Assembly: GCA_002269645.1 (NCBI GenBank)
Contig: NIVC01000692.1
Coordinates: 247,950-311,949, forward strand
Direction: 5' to 3'
DNA length: 64,000 bases
Source of the DNA: Macrostomum lignano
Taxonomy: Eukaryota
The notes under the pieces were generated by a model. That model saw only the letters and a list, made by a program, of their open reading frames with translations. It did not search any database and was not told the DNA's origin. Below, piece after piece: positions 10,979-24,637 of the stretch. Every line of letters starts with the position of its first letter. Position 1 is the first letter of the stretch. A program made the translations under genes and the position numbers.

Positions 10979-13318
10979 ATTACTGCACTCGATAAGCCAA
11001 GGATTATTGCTATTAATAAACCAAGGACTACTGCACTCGATAAACCAAGGACTATTGCTCTTGGCAAACCAAAGATTACTGCACTTGATTAATCAAGGAT
11101 TATTGCTATTAATAAACCAAGGATTACGGCACTTGGAAAACCAAGGATTACTGCACTCGATAAACCAAGGACTATTGCTCTTGGCAAACCAAGGATTACT
11201 GCACTCAAGAAGCCAAGAATTATTGCACTTGGAAAACCAAGGATTAATGCACTCGATAAACCAAGGACTATTGCTCTTGGCAAACCAAGGATTACTGCAC
11301 TCAAGAAGCCAAGGATTATTGCTATTAATAAACCAAGGATTACTGCACTTGGAAAACCAAGGATTACTGCACTCGATAAACCAAGGACTATTGCTCTTGG
11401 CAAACCAAGGATTACTGCACTCAAGAAGCCAAGGATTATTGCACTTGGAAAACCAAGGATTACTGCACTCGATAAACCAAGGACTATTGCACTTGATAGG
11501 CCAAAGATTACTGCGCTTGATAAACCAAGGATTATTGCACTTGATAAACCAAGGATTATTGCACTTGATAAGCCAAGGATTACTGCGCTTGATAAACCAA
11601 GGATTATTGCACTTGATAAACAAAGGATTATTGCACTTGATAAACAAAGGATTATTGCACTTGATAAACAAAGGATTATTGCACTTGATAAACCAAGGAT
11701 TATTGCACTTGATAAGCCAAGGATTATTGCACTTGATAAGCCATGGATTATTGCACTTGATAGTAAAGAATGTTGCACTTGATAAGCCAAGGATTAATGC
11801 ACTGGATTATTCAAGGATTATTGATATTAATAAACCAAGGACTACTGCACTCGATAAACCAAGGATTATTGCTCTTAATAAACCAAGGATTACTGCACTT
11901 GGAAAACTAAGGATTACTGCACTCGATAAACCAAAGACTATTGCACTTGATAAACCAAGGATTATTGCACTTGATAGGCCAAGGATTACTGCACTTGATA
12001 AACCAAGGATTATTGCACTTGATAGGCCAAAGATTACTGCGCTTGATAAACCAAGGATTATTGCACTTGATAAGCCAAGGATTATTGCACTTGATAAACC
12101 AATGATTATTGCAGTTGATAAGCCAAGGATTATTGCATCTGATAAACCAAAGATTATTGCACTTGATAAACCAAGGATTATTGCACTTGATAAACCAAGG
12201 ATTATTGCACTTGATAGGCCAAAGATTACTGCGCTTGATAAACCAAGGATTATTGCAGTTGATAAGCCAAGGATTATTGCATCTGATAAACCAAGGATTA
12301 TTGCAGTTGATAAGCCAAGGATTATTGCATCTGATAAACCAAGGATTATTGCACTTGATAAACCAAGGATTATTGCACTTGATAAACCAAGGATTATTGC
12401 ACTTGATAAACCAAGGATTATTGCTCTTGGCAAACCAAGGATTACTGCACTCGATAAACCAAGGATTACTGCACTTGGAAAACTAAGGATTACTGCACTC
12501 GATAAACTAAGGATTATTGCTCTTGGCAAACCAAGGATTATTGCACTTGATAGGCCAAGGATTACTGCACTTGATAAACCAAGGATTATTGCACTTAATA
12601 AACCAAGGATTATTGCAGTTGATAAGCCAAGGATTATTGCACTTGATAAACCAAGGATTATTGCACTTGATAAACCAAGGATTATTGCACTTGATAAACC
12701 AAGGATTATTGCACTTGATAGGCCAAGGATTACTGCACTTGATAAACCAAGGATTATTGCACTTGATAGGCCAAAGATTACTGCGCTTGATAAACCAAGG
12801 ATTATTGCAGTTGATAAGCCAAGGATTATTGCACTTGATAAACCAAGGATTATTTCACTTGATAAACCAAGGATTATTGCACTTGATAAACAAATATTGC
12901 ACTTGATAAACCAAGGATTATTGCACCTGATAAGCCAAGGATTACTGCGCTAGATAAACCAAGGATTATTGCACTTGATAAACCAAGGATTATTGCACTT
13001 AATAAACCAAGGATTATTGCACTTGATAAACCAAGGATTATTGCACTTGATAAACAAAGGATTATTGCACTTGATAAACCAAGGATTATTGCACTTGATA
13101 AGCCAAAGATTACTGCACTTGATAAACCAAGGATTATTGCACTTGATAAACCAAGGATTATTGCACTTGATTAATCAAGGATTATTGCTATTAATAAACC
13201 AAGGATTATTGCACTAGCTGAGAAGCTGATTACTGCGCTGTCTAAAAAAGAGATTATTGCGCTCGCTGAGACGTGGATTGTTGCACAACCTGAGAAAGCG
13301 ATTATTGCATTAGCGGAA
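10979..13318 (+). repeat. 24-bp tandem array (ATTATTGCACTTGATAAACCAAGG), possibly a coding repeat exon ([IT][IT]AL[DGN][KR]P[RK])n
   Basis: Period 24; two internal deletions (near 11762 and 12890) shift the frame. The repeat itself is certain; coding status is a hypothesis (see findings). Confidence 0.92.
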
Positions 13319-13369
13319 GTAACATTTGCACTAGCTACTTGCTGTCTCGTGGATGCTTGCTCTCGAGGG

Positions 13370-13735
13370 GGGATACTTGCTATTTGGGAGAGGGGGTACT
13401 GGCTACATGCATGGGATTCTTTCTATCCAGGGATGCTTGCTATTCAGGGATTCTTGCTATCTGCAGGATGCTTGCTATTTAGGGATTCTTGCTATCTGCA
13501 GATGCTTGCTATCTGGGTGGATGCTTCTATAATATCTGGGGGGTGCTTGCTATCTGCAGGATGCTTCTATAATATCTGGGGGTGCTTGATATCTGCAGAA
13601 TGCTTGCTATCTGAGTGGATGCTTGCTATCTGGGTGGATGCTTCTATAATATCTGGGGGGTGCTTGCTAATCTGCAGATGCTTGCTATCTGTGGTGATTC
13701 TTGCTATGAGCATTAGAGGATGCTTGCTATCTGCG
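13370..13735. repeat. Degenerate short-unit repeat (core GATGCTTGCTATCTG)
   Basis: Core recurs with irregular spacing. Confidence 0.8.
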
Positions 13736-14253
13736 ATTGTTCACTTTTGGAGGGGGTTGCTTGCTGTCTTGGGAATATTTTCTATTTAGTGAAACGATAT
13801 TTTGTTGACTGTTTGTTAATTTTAGAGAAAAAGTGATTTTTTAATTTTGCAAACATCTTAGTCCGTGACAATTTTACACGAATAAGGTGATTTTTAAAAT
13901 GTGAAGAAGGAATTAGTGTTTAAGAAAATGTGTTTTTTTATTGTTTTCCATGAACTATTTTTGCTCCTTTCTTATTGGGCGCCCCGAAGGGGGGCCGCAC
14001 TAGATTGCTAGTCCTTTTCTAAAATCACCAAGTCTTTAAGGTTTTTTTTTTAACTATAAGCCGTAAACTGATAAACACCGCCAGGCCCCTTGCGAATGAC
14101 TGAAGCAGACTTAGACGACATGAACCTCCTTGAATTTATCTTTCTAACGTTAATACGAGCGTAATTCTTCAATAGAGTTGCTCTAAACATTAAAAAGCAT
14201 GTTTGAAAATACATCGCTTAACTCTGAGAATCTTGCGCTCTTAATCATTCTTA

Positions 14254-15152
14254 ACAGCTGTGACAATCGCTCTTCAACATCCTTAAAACCGGCCATGTCA
14301 CAGCTGTGACAATCGCTCTTCAACATCCTTAAAACCGGCCATGTCACAGCTGTGACAATCGCTCTTCAACATCCTTAAAACCGGCCATGTCACAGCTGTG
14401 ACAATCGCTCTTCAACATCCTTAAAACCGGCCATGTCACAGCTGAGACAATCGCTCTTCAACATCCTTAAAACCGGCCATGTCACAGCTGTGACAATCGC
14501 TCTCCAACATCCTTAAAACCGGCCATGTCACAGCTGTGACAATCGCTCTTCAACATCCTTAAAACTGGCCATGTCACAGCTGTGACAATCGCTCTTCAAC
14601 ATCCTTAAAACCGGCCATGTCACAGCTGAGACAATCGCTCTTCAACATCCTTAAAACCGGCCATGTCACAGCTGAGACAATCGCTCTTCAACATCCTTAA
14701 AACCGGCCATGTCACAGCTGTGACAATCGCTCTTCAACATCCTTAAAACCGGCCATGTCACAGCTGTGACAATCGCTCTTCAACATCCTTAAAACCGGCC
14801 ATGTCACAGCTGAGACAATCGCTCTTCAACATCCTTTAAACCGGCCATGTCACAGCTGTGACAATCGCTCTCCAACATCCTTAAAACCGGCCATGTCACA
14901 GCTGTGACAATCGCTCTTCAACATCCTTAAAACCGGCCATGTCACAGCTGAGACAATCGCTCTTCTATATCCTTAAAACCGGCCATGTCACAGCTGAGAC
15001 AATCGCTCTTCAACATCCTTAAACCGGCCATGTCACAGCTGAGACAATCGCTCTTCAACATCCTTAAAACCGGCCATGTCACAGCTGTGACAATCGCTCT
15101 TCAACATCCTTAAAACCGGCCATGTCACAGCTGAGACAATCGCTCTTCTATA
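14254..15152. repeat. Minisatellite, 46-bp unit ACAGCTGTGACAATCGCTCTTCAACATCCTTAAAACCGGCCATGTC
   Basis: Unit starts at 14254 and 14300 (period 46); about 19 copies. Confidence 0.97.
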
Positions 15153-15769
15153 TGTTAGAAATCTTTAGCAGTCATACCGTAGCATCCGTGAAATAAAATC
15201 GCTCCATAAAGCGTCCATAGGTGAATCGCTCTAAGCGCATTTTCGGCCTGTACTACTAAATTTATCTTCCAGTCTAACCAAAATTTTCTGAATTTATTAT
15301 TTTTCAATACAGTTGCTTGCTAATTCCGGATTTGTTTGCATCGGCGCTCGTACTTTCGCTAATCTTCATCGATTTTCTCTGCGCATTATTTGGCTTGACG
15401 CGATCGTTTTATTTCTGCAACAGTTTTCTTCCTTGGAGAAAGTTGTGCTTTTATGTTTTTTTGTTCTCTTACGCAACACCTTTTGTGTGCTTTTTTCTCT
15501 CCTACCTTCTTTATTGTACGCAGTTAATTGGTTTCCATGGTGATAAGCTCCGCGTCCGCTAATTTAAAATACAGCTGCGTCAGCTAACTGCCTGAATTGT
15601 TTTATTCGTCCCGTCTACCTTGCTAAAAGGCAAGCTGACATGCTGTGCCGCCATTTATCTACCAATTGTTTATCTCGGCGGCCAGAATTGCAACAAAGCA
15701 TTTTTGTGTATAGTCTGTCTCTGTGTGTCTACTTTTGTAATCATCGCCAAACTGCAGAATGTTTCTTTA

Positions 15770-16325
15770 GTCAGAGACGGAACAAAGTTCAGATGGATCG
15801 ACAAATTTGAGTCAGAGACGTGAAACAAAGTTCAGATGGATTGTCAGATTTGAGTCAGAGAGGTGGAACAAAGTTCACATGGATTTTCGGATTTGATACA
15901 GAGACGTGGAACAAAGTTCAGATGGATTGTCAGATTTGAGTCAGAGAGGTGGAACAAAGTTCACATGGATTTTCGGATTTGATACAGAGACGTGGAACAA
16001 AGTTCAGATGGATTGTCAGATTTGAGTCAGAGAGGTGGAACAAAGTTCACATGGATTTTCGGATTTGATACAGAGACGTGGAACAAAGTTCAGATGGATT
16101 GTCAGATTTGAGTCAGAGAGGTGGAACAAAGTTTACATGGATTTTCGGATTTGATACAGAGACGTGGAACAAAGTTCAGATGGATTGTCAGATTTGATTC
16201 AGAGACGTGGAACAAAGTTCAGATGGATTGTCAGATTTGAATCAGAGACGTGAAACAAAGTTCACATGGATTGTCAGATTTGAGTCAGAGGTGGAACAAA
16301 GTTCAGATGGATTGTCAGATTTTAT
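15770..16325. repeat. 43-bp minisatellite with alternating A/B units (86-bp higher-order repeat)
   Basis: AACAAAG at 15781, 15824, 15867, 15910; CAGATGGATTGTCAG and CACATGGATTTTCGG variants alternate in the core. Confidence 0.93.
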
Positions 16326-18855
16326 TCATCTGATTTGAGTCAGAACAGGTATCACAGAGGGTCAGACTGACCATGAGGATAAGTCAGACTTAAACCTTTC
16401 TTTCAAGGCTCGAATAGAGTACAGACTAAACTCGCTCAGATCACGTGAGAAATCTGGCGAAGCGGTTGTCGACCTCAAGCGGAGCTCAAACCGGCTCTAG
16501 GCTAAGAACCTGGCTTGCTCGTATAAATCTATCTCAGATCTTGAGCACGAGTTGTACACCGGAATCTCCTCCGTAATTCGGCCCTCTCGATCCATGAATT
16601 AGTGAGGAAGCAGAAGTGAAACAGATTAGGAGCCACTACAGGCGGGCACTGGGGCGATAATTCCCTTCTTCCTCTGAATCTCTTCCCTGCAGATACAGGG
16701 ATTAATGTACAAGCAGTAGCTGCAGTGAGGAAGTGGGAAGAAACTGCCATGCGTGCACTCAAACTTTCATGACTGTTGGTCTCCGGTTGTAAAAGAATTC
16801 TCTAATTATCGTCTACTCCGATTGAAAAGTACACGCTTCGAATTCTTTGATTCGTTTGCATTGAAACTCAATTTATAGGTTGAGACACTGTACAACACTA
16901 GACTGATTTTGGGTAATCCACAGCTTGCCTCCCTTCCACTCTCAATTGTCTGTCTATCTCACCTCCGTGACATTCTGCAGACACGCAAGGCAAAGCAATA
17001 CAAGACATCATATTGTTCATTGTTTTGCTGAGCTACGTGGGCATAAATGCACGCCGCTCCGTATGGCCAAATTGGGCCTTCACGGATAAGGCCAAATACA
17101 AGGGCCGGGGGGGGGGTGGTTGCCAAGGCTGAGTTTCTCTGGATTTTTTACCATAAGAAACATTTTCCCACCGATGCACAGCGGTCTGCATGTGTTTTGC
17201 ATTGCGGCATCCGCCTCGTGTAGCCCCTCCACCCCCTTATAAGGACCTTCACTCCGCTTTTTATATATTGGGGGTTCTGGGCGACGATTGATGGCTGAAG
17301 GGGCTTGACATTGCGGGGCTGTGTTTGGCTGCAGAGGTGAGGAAAAGATAGATGCTCGGAGATGGGCTTGAGCCAGACAGTGGAGCCGCCCTAATACTGC
17401 CAGCTAGCTGCTTTTTACCGAGCGAAACCGTCGAAGAGAATCCGAAATGACGGAGAGACCTCCCGCTGGGAGTCGCGGCGTGGACGGATGATGAGTCCTC
17501 GGTCTGGGGCGTCGGTAACCAACCAGCAATTCGAGGCTGCCTATAGCTAGGATCTATCCCTCGCACTCGGCCCAAAAAGCGCTCTCCATCCACCGCGAGA
17601 GAAAGAGGGGAGCGGGGCGCCACGGGGATGATGGGGGCTGAGGGGGGAAGCGCTCTGCTAAAGGAGCTGGAGTGGCAGAGTTGGGATATATGAGACCGGC
17701 CTCGCCCCGGGGGAATTCAAGGACATCCTCAACCTGCTCTCTCTCTGTCTGTCTCTCTGTCTCTGTTTCTGTCGCCTTCTCTGTTTCTCATTCTTCATCT
17801 CTGCCTCGTTCTAAGCTCCCAATCCTTTTTTGCCATTCCGCCAGCTTTTTATTCGCATCGCTCATCGCCGGCTGCTTAAAGCTCTGGTGTGACACAATGC
17901 CTCCAGCTGCAGAAACAGAGGGGTTGCAGGACGGAGGAAGAGCAGGGGGCTGGCTTGGAGGCTGTGGAACTGTAGAAATCCCATTTAGACGGACGGAGCT
18001 CCAGCATGGCGAGAGCAGCAGCGGCTGTACCGGCCAGAGCGTGAGGAAAAGGGATGAGGCTGCCGCACTGACATGCAATCATGCAGCTGGATGCTGGCGG
18101 CACAGCCAATGGCGTTTCGAGGCACTTCGTCCGTCTTCCTGCTGCAGGCCAACCAGGTGCTCACCTGAATTCTCTTCCCCTCCATTCACCCTTTAGTCTC
18201 TTCTCCTCATCACGTCCCTTTGCAAAACAGGGGAGGGTAGACAGGTAGTTCAGTAAGAGTCCGTCCGCGTCTGACTTCCCTCCCTCCTAGTGCCGCTCCA
18301 ACCCTCGCTCACTCACTCACCCGCCTCCAACCACCCCCTTACTCTTCCCTATCACTCTTTGCATGCACTTCCTCCTCTGAAAGGAGGGCCTGCCGTTAGA
18401 CCCCGCAGTTGAGGTGAGCGCTCAGTTGTTTCAGTTCTTAGCCGCCCCCCCTTGTCTCTCCTCCCTGAGCTCCCTTGAGCCAGGCAGGCTGCTTAACTGT
18501 CGGTGCCGACTGGCCAGCTTCCAGCGTCAAAGCGATAGCAAAACTCGCTTTGCCAGTTGAAGTAGCAGGCAAACCAGAAGCAACAGGTGGCCACGGGGTT
18601 GCCCCCGCAAGTGTGTCAAGTCTGGCTAAGGCGAAACCCTGACCCCTAACCCCAGCCAAGAAGTTGCAGCAGATTACAGAGGCGAGGCGCTCCCTCGGGA
18701 GGAGGCAGCCAAAAGAGGCTGAACAGGTGGAAAAGCAAATTTTATCAATCAGATTTCTGTTTGCGTCTCTTGACGGCTCTGACGGCAGCCACCCACCCAG
18801 CCCACCTACGCATCAGCCATGCTCGTAGGGACCGCCTGACCTGCCGCCTCCCTCA

Positions 18856-19770
18856 ATGCCGCTCGCTAAGGCGCGTTTGCCGACTTTGACGGCGCCGCTC
18901 ACTCCGCCTCCTACGCCGGACGCCACAACCAGCCAACGCTCGAACGCTCCGACCAGTACCTTGAGCCCGGAGGCGCAGGCCGAGCTGCTGCTGCGCCTGA
19001 AGCACCAGCAGGACCTGAGAAACCTGCACGCCCAGTACAATCCCGGCGAAGGTATTCAAACCGGAGTGATTCTCGCCGCCTCCCTGGTCATCTGCTTCCT
19101 ATACGTGTTCTACAAGTCCAAGTGCAAGCGCACCTCGGACATCTACGAGGAGGAGGTCATACGCCGATCACAATTCGACGCAAAGTTTTTCTCCTATAGT
19201 CAGGAGTGGCCAACGGCAGCGGCGGCGGCGGCTGGTGTTGCTCGGGGACCAGTCGATGGGAAGCATAACAAGCAGCAGCAACAGCAACAACAACAGAATA
19301 AAGCCCCCGGAAAGCGGAAGAGCGTCCGAAAGAAGCAACAGAAGCGGCTCGCCAACGCCCAGCAGACGCTGAAATCCGACATGAAGAAGCGACAGAGCGA
19401 CGCAAAGTGGTACCAGAAGCGGCTGAAAGAGGTCTGGCACTCTGGCAAGCAGAAGACGCAGGACTGGATCGCCAGCCACCGAGCCGCCGCAGATTTCCAA
19501 GATTCCCACCAGCGCCTTTGCCAGTCCAACGTGGAGCTGCAGCTGCGGCCCAGCCTCCTCGCCCAGCTGCATCTCGCCGAGTCCGGCAACGGCGGCACCG
19601 GCAGCAGTAGGAGCGCCAGCAACACGCCCTACCGACAGATTGGCGGCTCCAGACGGCAGCAGCCACTGCAACGGGCTGGCCCGCTTACCCTCCTCGTTGA
19701 CGAACCCGACCTGCAGCGGCAGTCACTGCAGCAACCCCAGGAGCTAAACTGCTCATCCAGTGCTAGCCAA

Positions 19771-19802
<32 letters not shown>

Positions 19803-19974
19803 ACAACAGCAGCAACAGCAAGCAGCCTCTCTTTCCCCAGTCGCCGAGGAGGAGGCCTGCCCGCTGTTATTGAACTCAGCTGGAGCCACGGCAGTCCGGA
19901 CTCTAGCCAGCTCAGACAGGTTTGAGGCCCAGGCACTGGTGCACAGCAGCAGCCAGCAGCCTGTTGGCACCTAA
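18856..19974 (+). CDS. Uncharacterised single-pass membrane protein with Gln/Ala-rich low-complexity tail (372 aa ORF; may be the last exon of a longer gene)
   Basis: GC-rich, codon-like composition; hydrophobic segment GVILAASLVICFLYVFY followed by basic KSKCKR; polyQ tracts; in-frame candidate acceptor CTCGTAG| before 18829. Confidence 0.7.
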
Positions 19975-20451
19975 GGAGCTCTCCCTATCCTCTTTGTATT
20001 ATCACATAGCGCCCATTGCTGAATTTTCCACTGACAGAGATGATTTTTCTCTTAGTTTTTATTACGGCTGTTTTCTCTCCCTCTCTCCTGTCGTTCTGGA
20101 TTTCTGCACAAGACGGGGCAGCATCAGATCCACATTTTTAAACCAATTCATCACTGATCTCTCCTTCTCTGTTTCCGTGTACGCGTGCCGTAGCCGTATC
20201 TCATAAAGCATTGCTGAAATTTGTTTTACTGGGTAACTGTCATTGCATTAGGCTCTCCTAAGATGTACCACAGACCGCTGTGAATGCGCTATGCGAGTAT
20301 GCGTGTTGGATGATTGCATGTTAAGCCCAACATAAATTCACTACAGATATGGAAGATAGTTTATAGTTTGTTTTAACCGTGTTCGTTTTGAACGATGACA
20401 TTAGTATAGAAATGTTCTTGTGTCCGTGTAGTGTATTGTTAAATTCCATAG

Positions 20452-20795
20452 TAGGCGTCGGCAAACTTTCTTTCCTCAAGGGCCAGATAGAGAACCCAGC
20501 TTATGGTTGCGGTCAGGTGAGAGAGTAAAGCAGAGGGAATAGAGAAGGGAGAGAAGGAAAGGGAGAGAAGAGATGAAAGAAGAGAGGAGAGGGGAGACGC
20601 GAGAGAGGAAACGAGAGGAGAGATGAGATAATATGAGATGAGAGGAGGTGCTCGTAGGAGAGATGAAAAGAGAGGAGATAGGGGAGACGAGAGAAGAGAG
20701 CTGAGAAGAGACACAAACCTCGAGCTATTGTAAAGTTTCAACTGACCCGAGGGCCGGATAGAGAGGCTTTGCGGGCCGGAGTTTGCCGACCCCAG
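20452..20795. mobile_element. hAT (Charlie-like) MITE with internal GA-rich expansion
   Basis: TIRs TAGGCGTCGGCAAAC / GTTTGCCGACCCCAG; subterminal GCGGGCCGGA; imperfect 8-bp TSD TTCCATAG / GTCTATAG. Confidence 0.7.
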
Positions 20796-23644
20796 GTCTA
20801 TAGCAACCAATTAGAGTGACACCCTTCAGGTGCAGGCTGCTGCATTTCCCTGTCATTAATTAACGTACAAAACAGCAAATTCGAGTGCGAGTCCCGTTTA
20901 ATTTTTTTTTCGTGTAATATTTTTTGTTATTGTCAGTGCCAATACAGCTTATGGTATTTTATCGTGCACAAGGGTTCCGGAGTAGATCGTGTCCCTGGAA
21001 GACTGCTCGTTAATCAAGTTCAACAGGAACTGCATGTTGGAATTTTGGCTTGAGCAAGTTCGTTGCTATTGCATGCTTAGCGGTCAAGAGCGGCAGGCCC
21101 AAAATTATTCTATGAGATACTCGGTAGTGTTTCCAATAGCTATTCTCTCTCCGAGACACCTGAGCTCAGTCTTTAAGTCCCTTCTATAGTCTCTGCTCCC
21201 CTCCGCTTCCCTCTTTAACTCTTCTTTTCTAGCTCCATCCTGCTCCATCCTCTCCCCTCTATTCCTCCTTATTCTTGTTCCTCTACTACCTCCCAGTCCC
21301 AAGCCATATCTGCCGCTCTGCTCTGCAATCGAACTACATGCAGCTCTGAGCCACCGTCTGTCCGAGCAGCGCAAGAGTCTCATAGCCACTGGTTCTAGTG
21401 CAAATATTGAACTAACAAATACACTGACTCACGCCCTTAGCCGCTGTATTTGTAAATATTTTAATCAATTCTGGAATAGCGATAACTATTTTAATATTTG
21501 GGTTGCGCTTGTTTCTTTGATTTCTCTGAAGCAGTGTGAATAGCGCTTGCATTTCTGTCATGGGTAGGTTTTAATATAAATGTCCACAAAGCAAGCATTA
21601 CCTCAAATGACGCATTGTATCATTTGCTTTTTGGTAGTGGCTAATATTTCTTAAAGTTGTCGCTGATACTCAACAGTAGCTTCTCATCATCTTTGTTAAA
21701 CTATTAATTTTTAGTAGCGTAACGGATAACACGACCGGCAGTGTTGCGCCAGAGAAACCGGGTTAAATTATCTGCGCGTGAACATTATTAATCTGGCGCT
21801 TATCGTGCGGATCAAATGAGGACCATTCCTAAGTCACAGCGTGTGTACACTCGTTGCCTGATGAGCGGCATGACTCAGACTTGCGACAGTTGCAAGCCTC
21901 AGACTACACGGGGCATTTTCAGGGTTGTCGTTATTCAATAAAACCAGCAGATAACGCTCGCATTAAAAGATCGCATTGAAGGCAGCCGCGAGAGCAAAGT
22001 CCGGTTTTGAGCTGTCATGAATGGCAGCGGTGGGCAAGTAGGGAGGCCTAAATAATTGATTTGTCAGGCTACAAGGAGGGGCAAGATGAGGCGGAGAGGG
22101 GTACTCAGCATGCTATTAGCGATGTTTTGGGGTCAGATTTTCTAAGCTGTTTTTCTGTCCAACGCTGCTCGTGCCGGTTGTGGGCGCAGCGGTGGCTATG
22201 GTGTGTAGGGGATCATCGCATGGCTTGGACCAACTTTCCCCATATCCAGAGCCCGCCGCCTGCTCAGCCAAACTATACCACCACCCCCAATGCCCTTTCA
22301 CCTGGGTGGGGATAGGCATGGCGAGGAAGGAAAGGAGAGAGAACGATAGAGAGACAGTCGATTGCGAGTCAGGGGTAGAGCGGAGTGAATGGGTGCGGAA
22401 AATCTTCTCAGGGTTTATTTGGTTTTGGGGCTTGTAGTTTTTTCCTAGCATGCTGCATATTATACACTGGCTGCCAGGCACTGTTTGCACTGGGTCTCAC
22501 GACAGCTCAGCTGATTTTCAAATCTGTCTTGCTGCTACTAGCGAAACCATTGGGGGGGGGGCAGCTATTTCTGCTTTTAATATTCGAAGCTACACTCTCC
22601 GAATCCCCAGCCTACGGGCCGGGAGTGCATTATCGCTGCGCCCTAGGTTTATGAGCAAGTGACCCGCCTCCGAACTCCCTCGGGATCTCCAGGGCACAAT
22701 CATCTCTTCTGCTGTTGTTGTTCACAATGTCGCTTGGCACTGCGAAACTGCAACGGCGAAAGAGGGGAGAAGGTCCCTGCGGGCTCCAGTTGTGGAAAAA
22801 AACGAATGCGCTTTTCCTTGGTGGCGGGGGGAGTGCAGGGGATCCCAGCCCGACCCCATTTTCATTCCCAGCAGCATCCCCTGCTCAGGGCCTCAGCCGA
22901 GCAATGGTGGTGGAGAAGCTTTTGCTGCTGCCGGGGCCTCTCCTCCTAGTGTTTTTTTGATTATTCTCTCTCTACTCTTGTGGCTCCATGCCTCTGAGCA
23001 GCTCAGCTCTCATTCCCTGCATCCTCCTCATCCCCCAATTCAGTTTTCCCTACGGCTGTCTTCCCAACTAAACCCCCACCCCCATGCGTGTCTCCCGCCC
23101 CTCTCCCGGTCTGTCCCGCGCAGCCCCCCCCCCTGGTTGCCCCCCCTCCCCGATAACATTCGACAGAAACGAAGTCGTCCATTATGGACAGGCGAGCAAG
23201 AGAGACAGGCTGGGAGAGAGCGATGATGCAGAGGATGGCAAGGGCCATCTCAGGTTTGCGCGGATGAAGACAGGAGTGAAGCTGGAAGGATCAGCTGCAG
23301 CTGCGGCAGCGATATCCAACTGCCTCTGCCCGGGTTCCTCCGCTTGTGAAATCCGATGATAAAAATGCATTTTGAGATAGCAATTATGGAGCTGATATGT
23401 ATGCAGTGCAATGCTGCTGTTTTACAACAGCTGAGCTCCCTGCGGAATTCAGGCTGAAGAGCCAATTCGGGTTAATGATCAGGTGCCAGTCATACTCCAA
23501 CTTGCATTCCCTTTAGCCACCCGGGCTGATTCACGTACCTGCAACTTGGCGAGCAAAATAAGTCTAAACTGAAACTGTGGCCACTCGAGACTACCTGGAG
23601 CAGTTTGAGGCTGCTGAGGAATGCGAAGGATGAATTATTGTGAA

Positions 23645-24637
23645 TGAATTTGAGGGTTTAGTTTGATTGAATTTGAGGGTTTAGTTTGACTGAATTTGAG
23701 GGTTTAGTTTGATTGAGTTTGAGGGTTTAGTTTGATTGAGTTTGAGGGTTTAGTTTGATTGAGTTTGAGGGTTTAGTTTGATTGAATTTGAGGGTTTAGT
23801 TTGACTGAATTTGAGGGTTTAGTTTGATTGAATTTGAGGGTTTAGTTTGATTGAGTTTGATGGTTTAGTTTGATGGAGTTTGAGGGTTTAGTTTGACTGA
23901 ATTTGAGGGTTTAGTTTGATTGAATTTGAGGGTTTAGTTTGATTGAGTTTGAGGGTTTAGTTTGATTGAATTTGAGGGTTTAGTTTGATTGAGTTTGAGG
24001 GTTTAGTTTGATTGAGTTTGAGGGTTTAGTTTGATGGAGTTTGAGGGTTTAGTTTGATTGAATTTGAGGGTTTAGTTTGATTGAGTTTGAGGGTTTAGTT
24101 TGATTGAGTTTGAGGGTTTAGTTTGATAAAGTTTGAGGGTTTAGTTTGATTGAGTTTGAGGGTTTAGTTTGATTGAATTTGAGGGTTTAGTTTGATTGAG
24201 TTTGAGGGTTTAGTTTGATTGAGTTTAAGGGTTTAGTTTGATTGAGTTTAAGGGTTTAGTTTGATTGAGTTTGAGGGTTTAGTTTGATTGAATTTGAGGG
24301 TTTAGTTTGATTGAATTTGAGGGTTTAGTTTGACTGAGTTTGAGGGTTTAGTTTGACTGAGTTTGAGGGTTTAGTTTGACTGAGTTTGAGGGTTTAGTTT
24401 GATTGAGTTTAATGGTTTAGTTTGATTGAGTTTGAGGGTTTAGTTTGATTGAGTTTGAGGGTTTAGTTTGATTGAATTTGAGGGTTTAGTTTGATTGAGT
24501 TTGAGGGTTTAGTTTGATTGAGTTTGAGGGTTTAGTTTGATTGAGTTTGAGGGTTTAGTTTGATTGAGTTTGAGGGTTTAGTTTGGTTAAATTTGAGGGT
24601 TTAGTTTGATTGGGTTTGAAGGTTTAGTTTCATTGAA
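23645..24637. repeat. Minisatellite, 23-bp unit GGTTTAGTTTGATTGAGTTTGAG
   Basis: Period 23; + strand almost free of C. Confidence 0.97.

Noticed and set aside
23645-24637. Telomeric repeat
   Set aside because: Contains GGGTTTAG but the period is 23 bp, not tandem TTAGGG or TTTAGGG.
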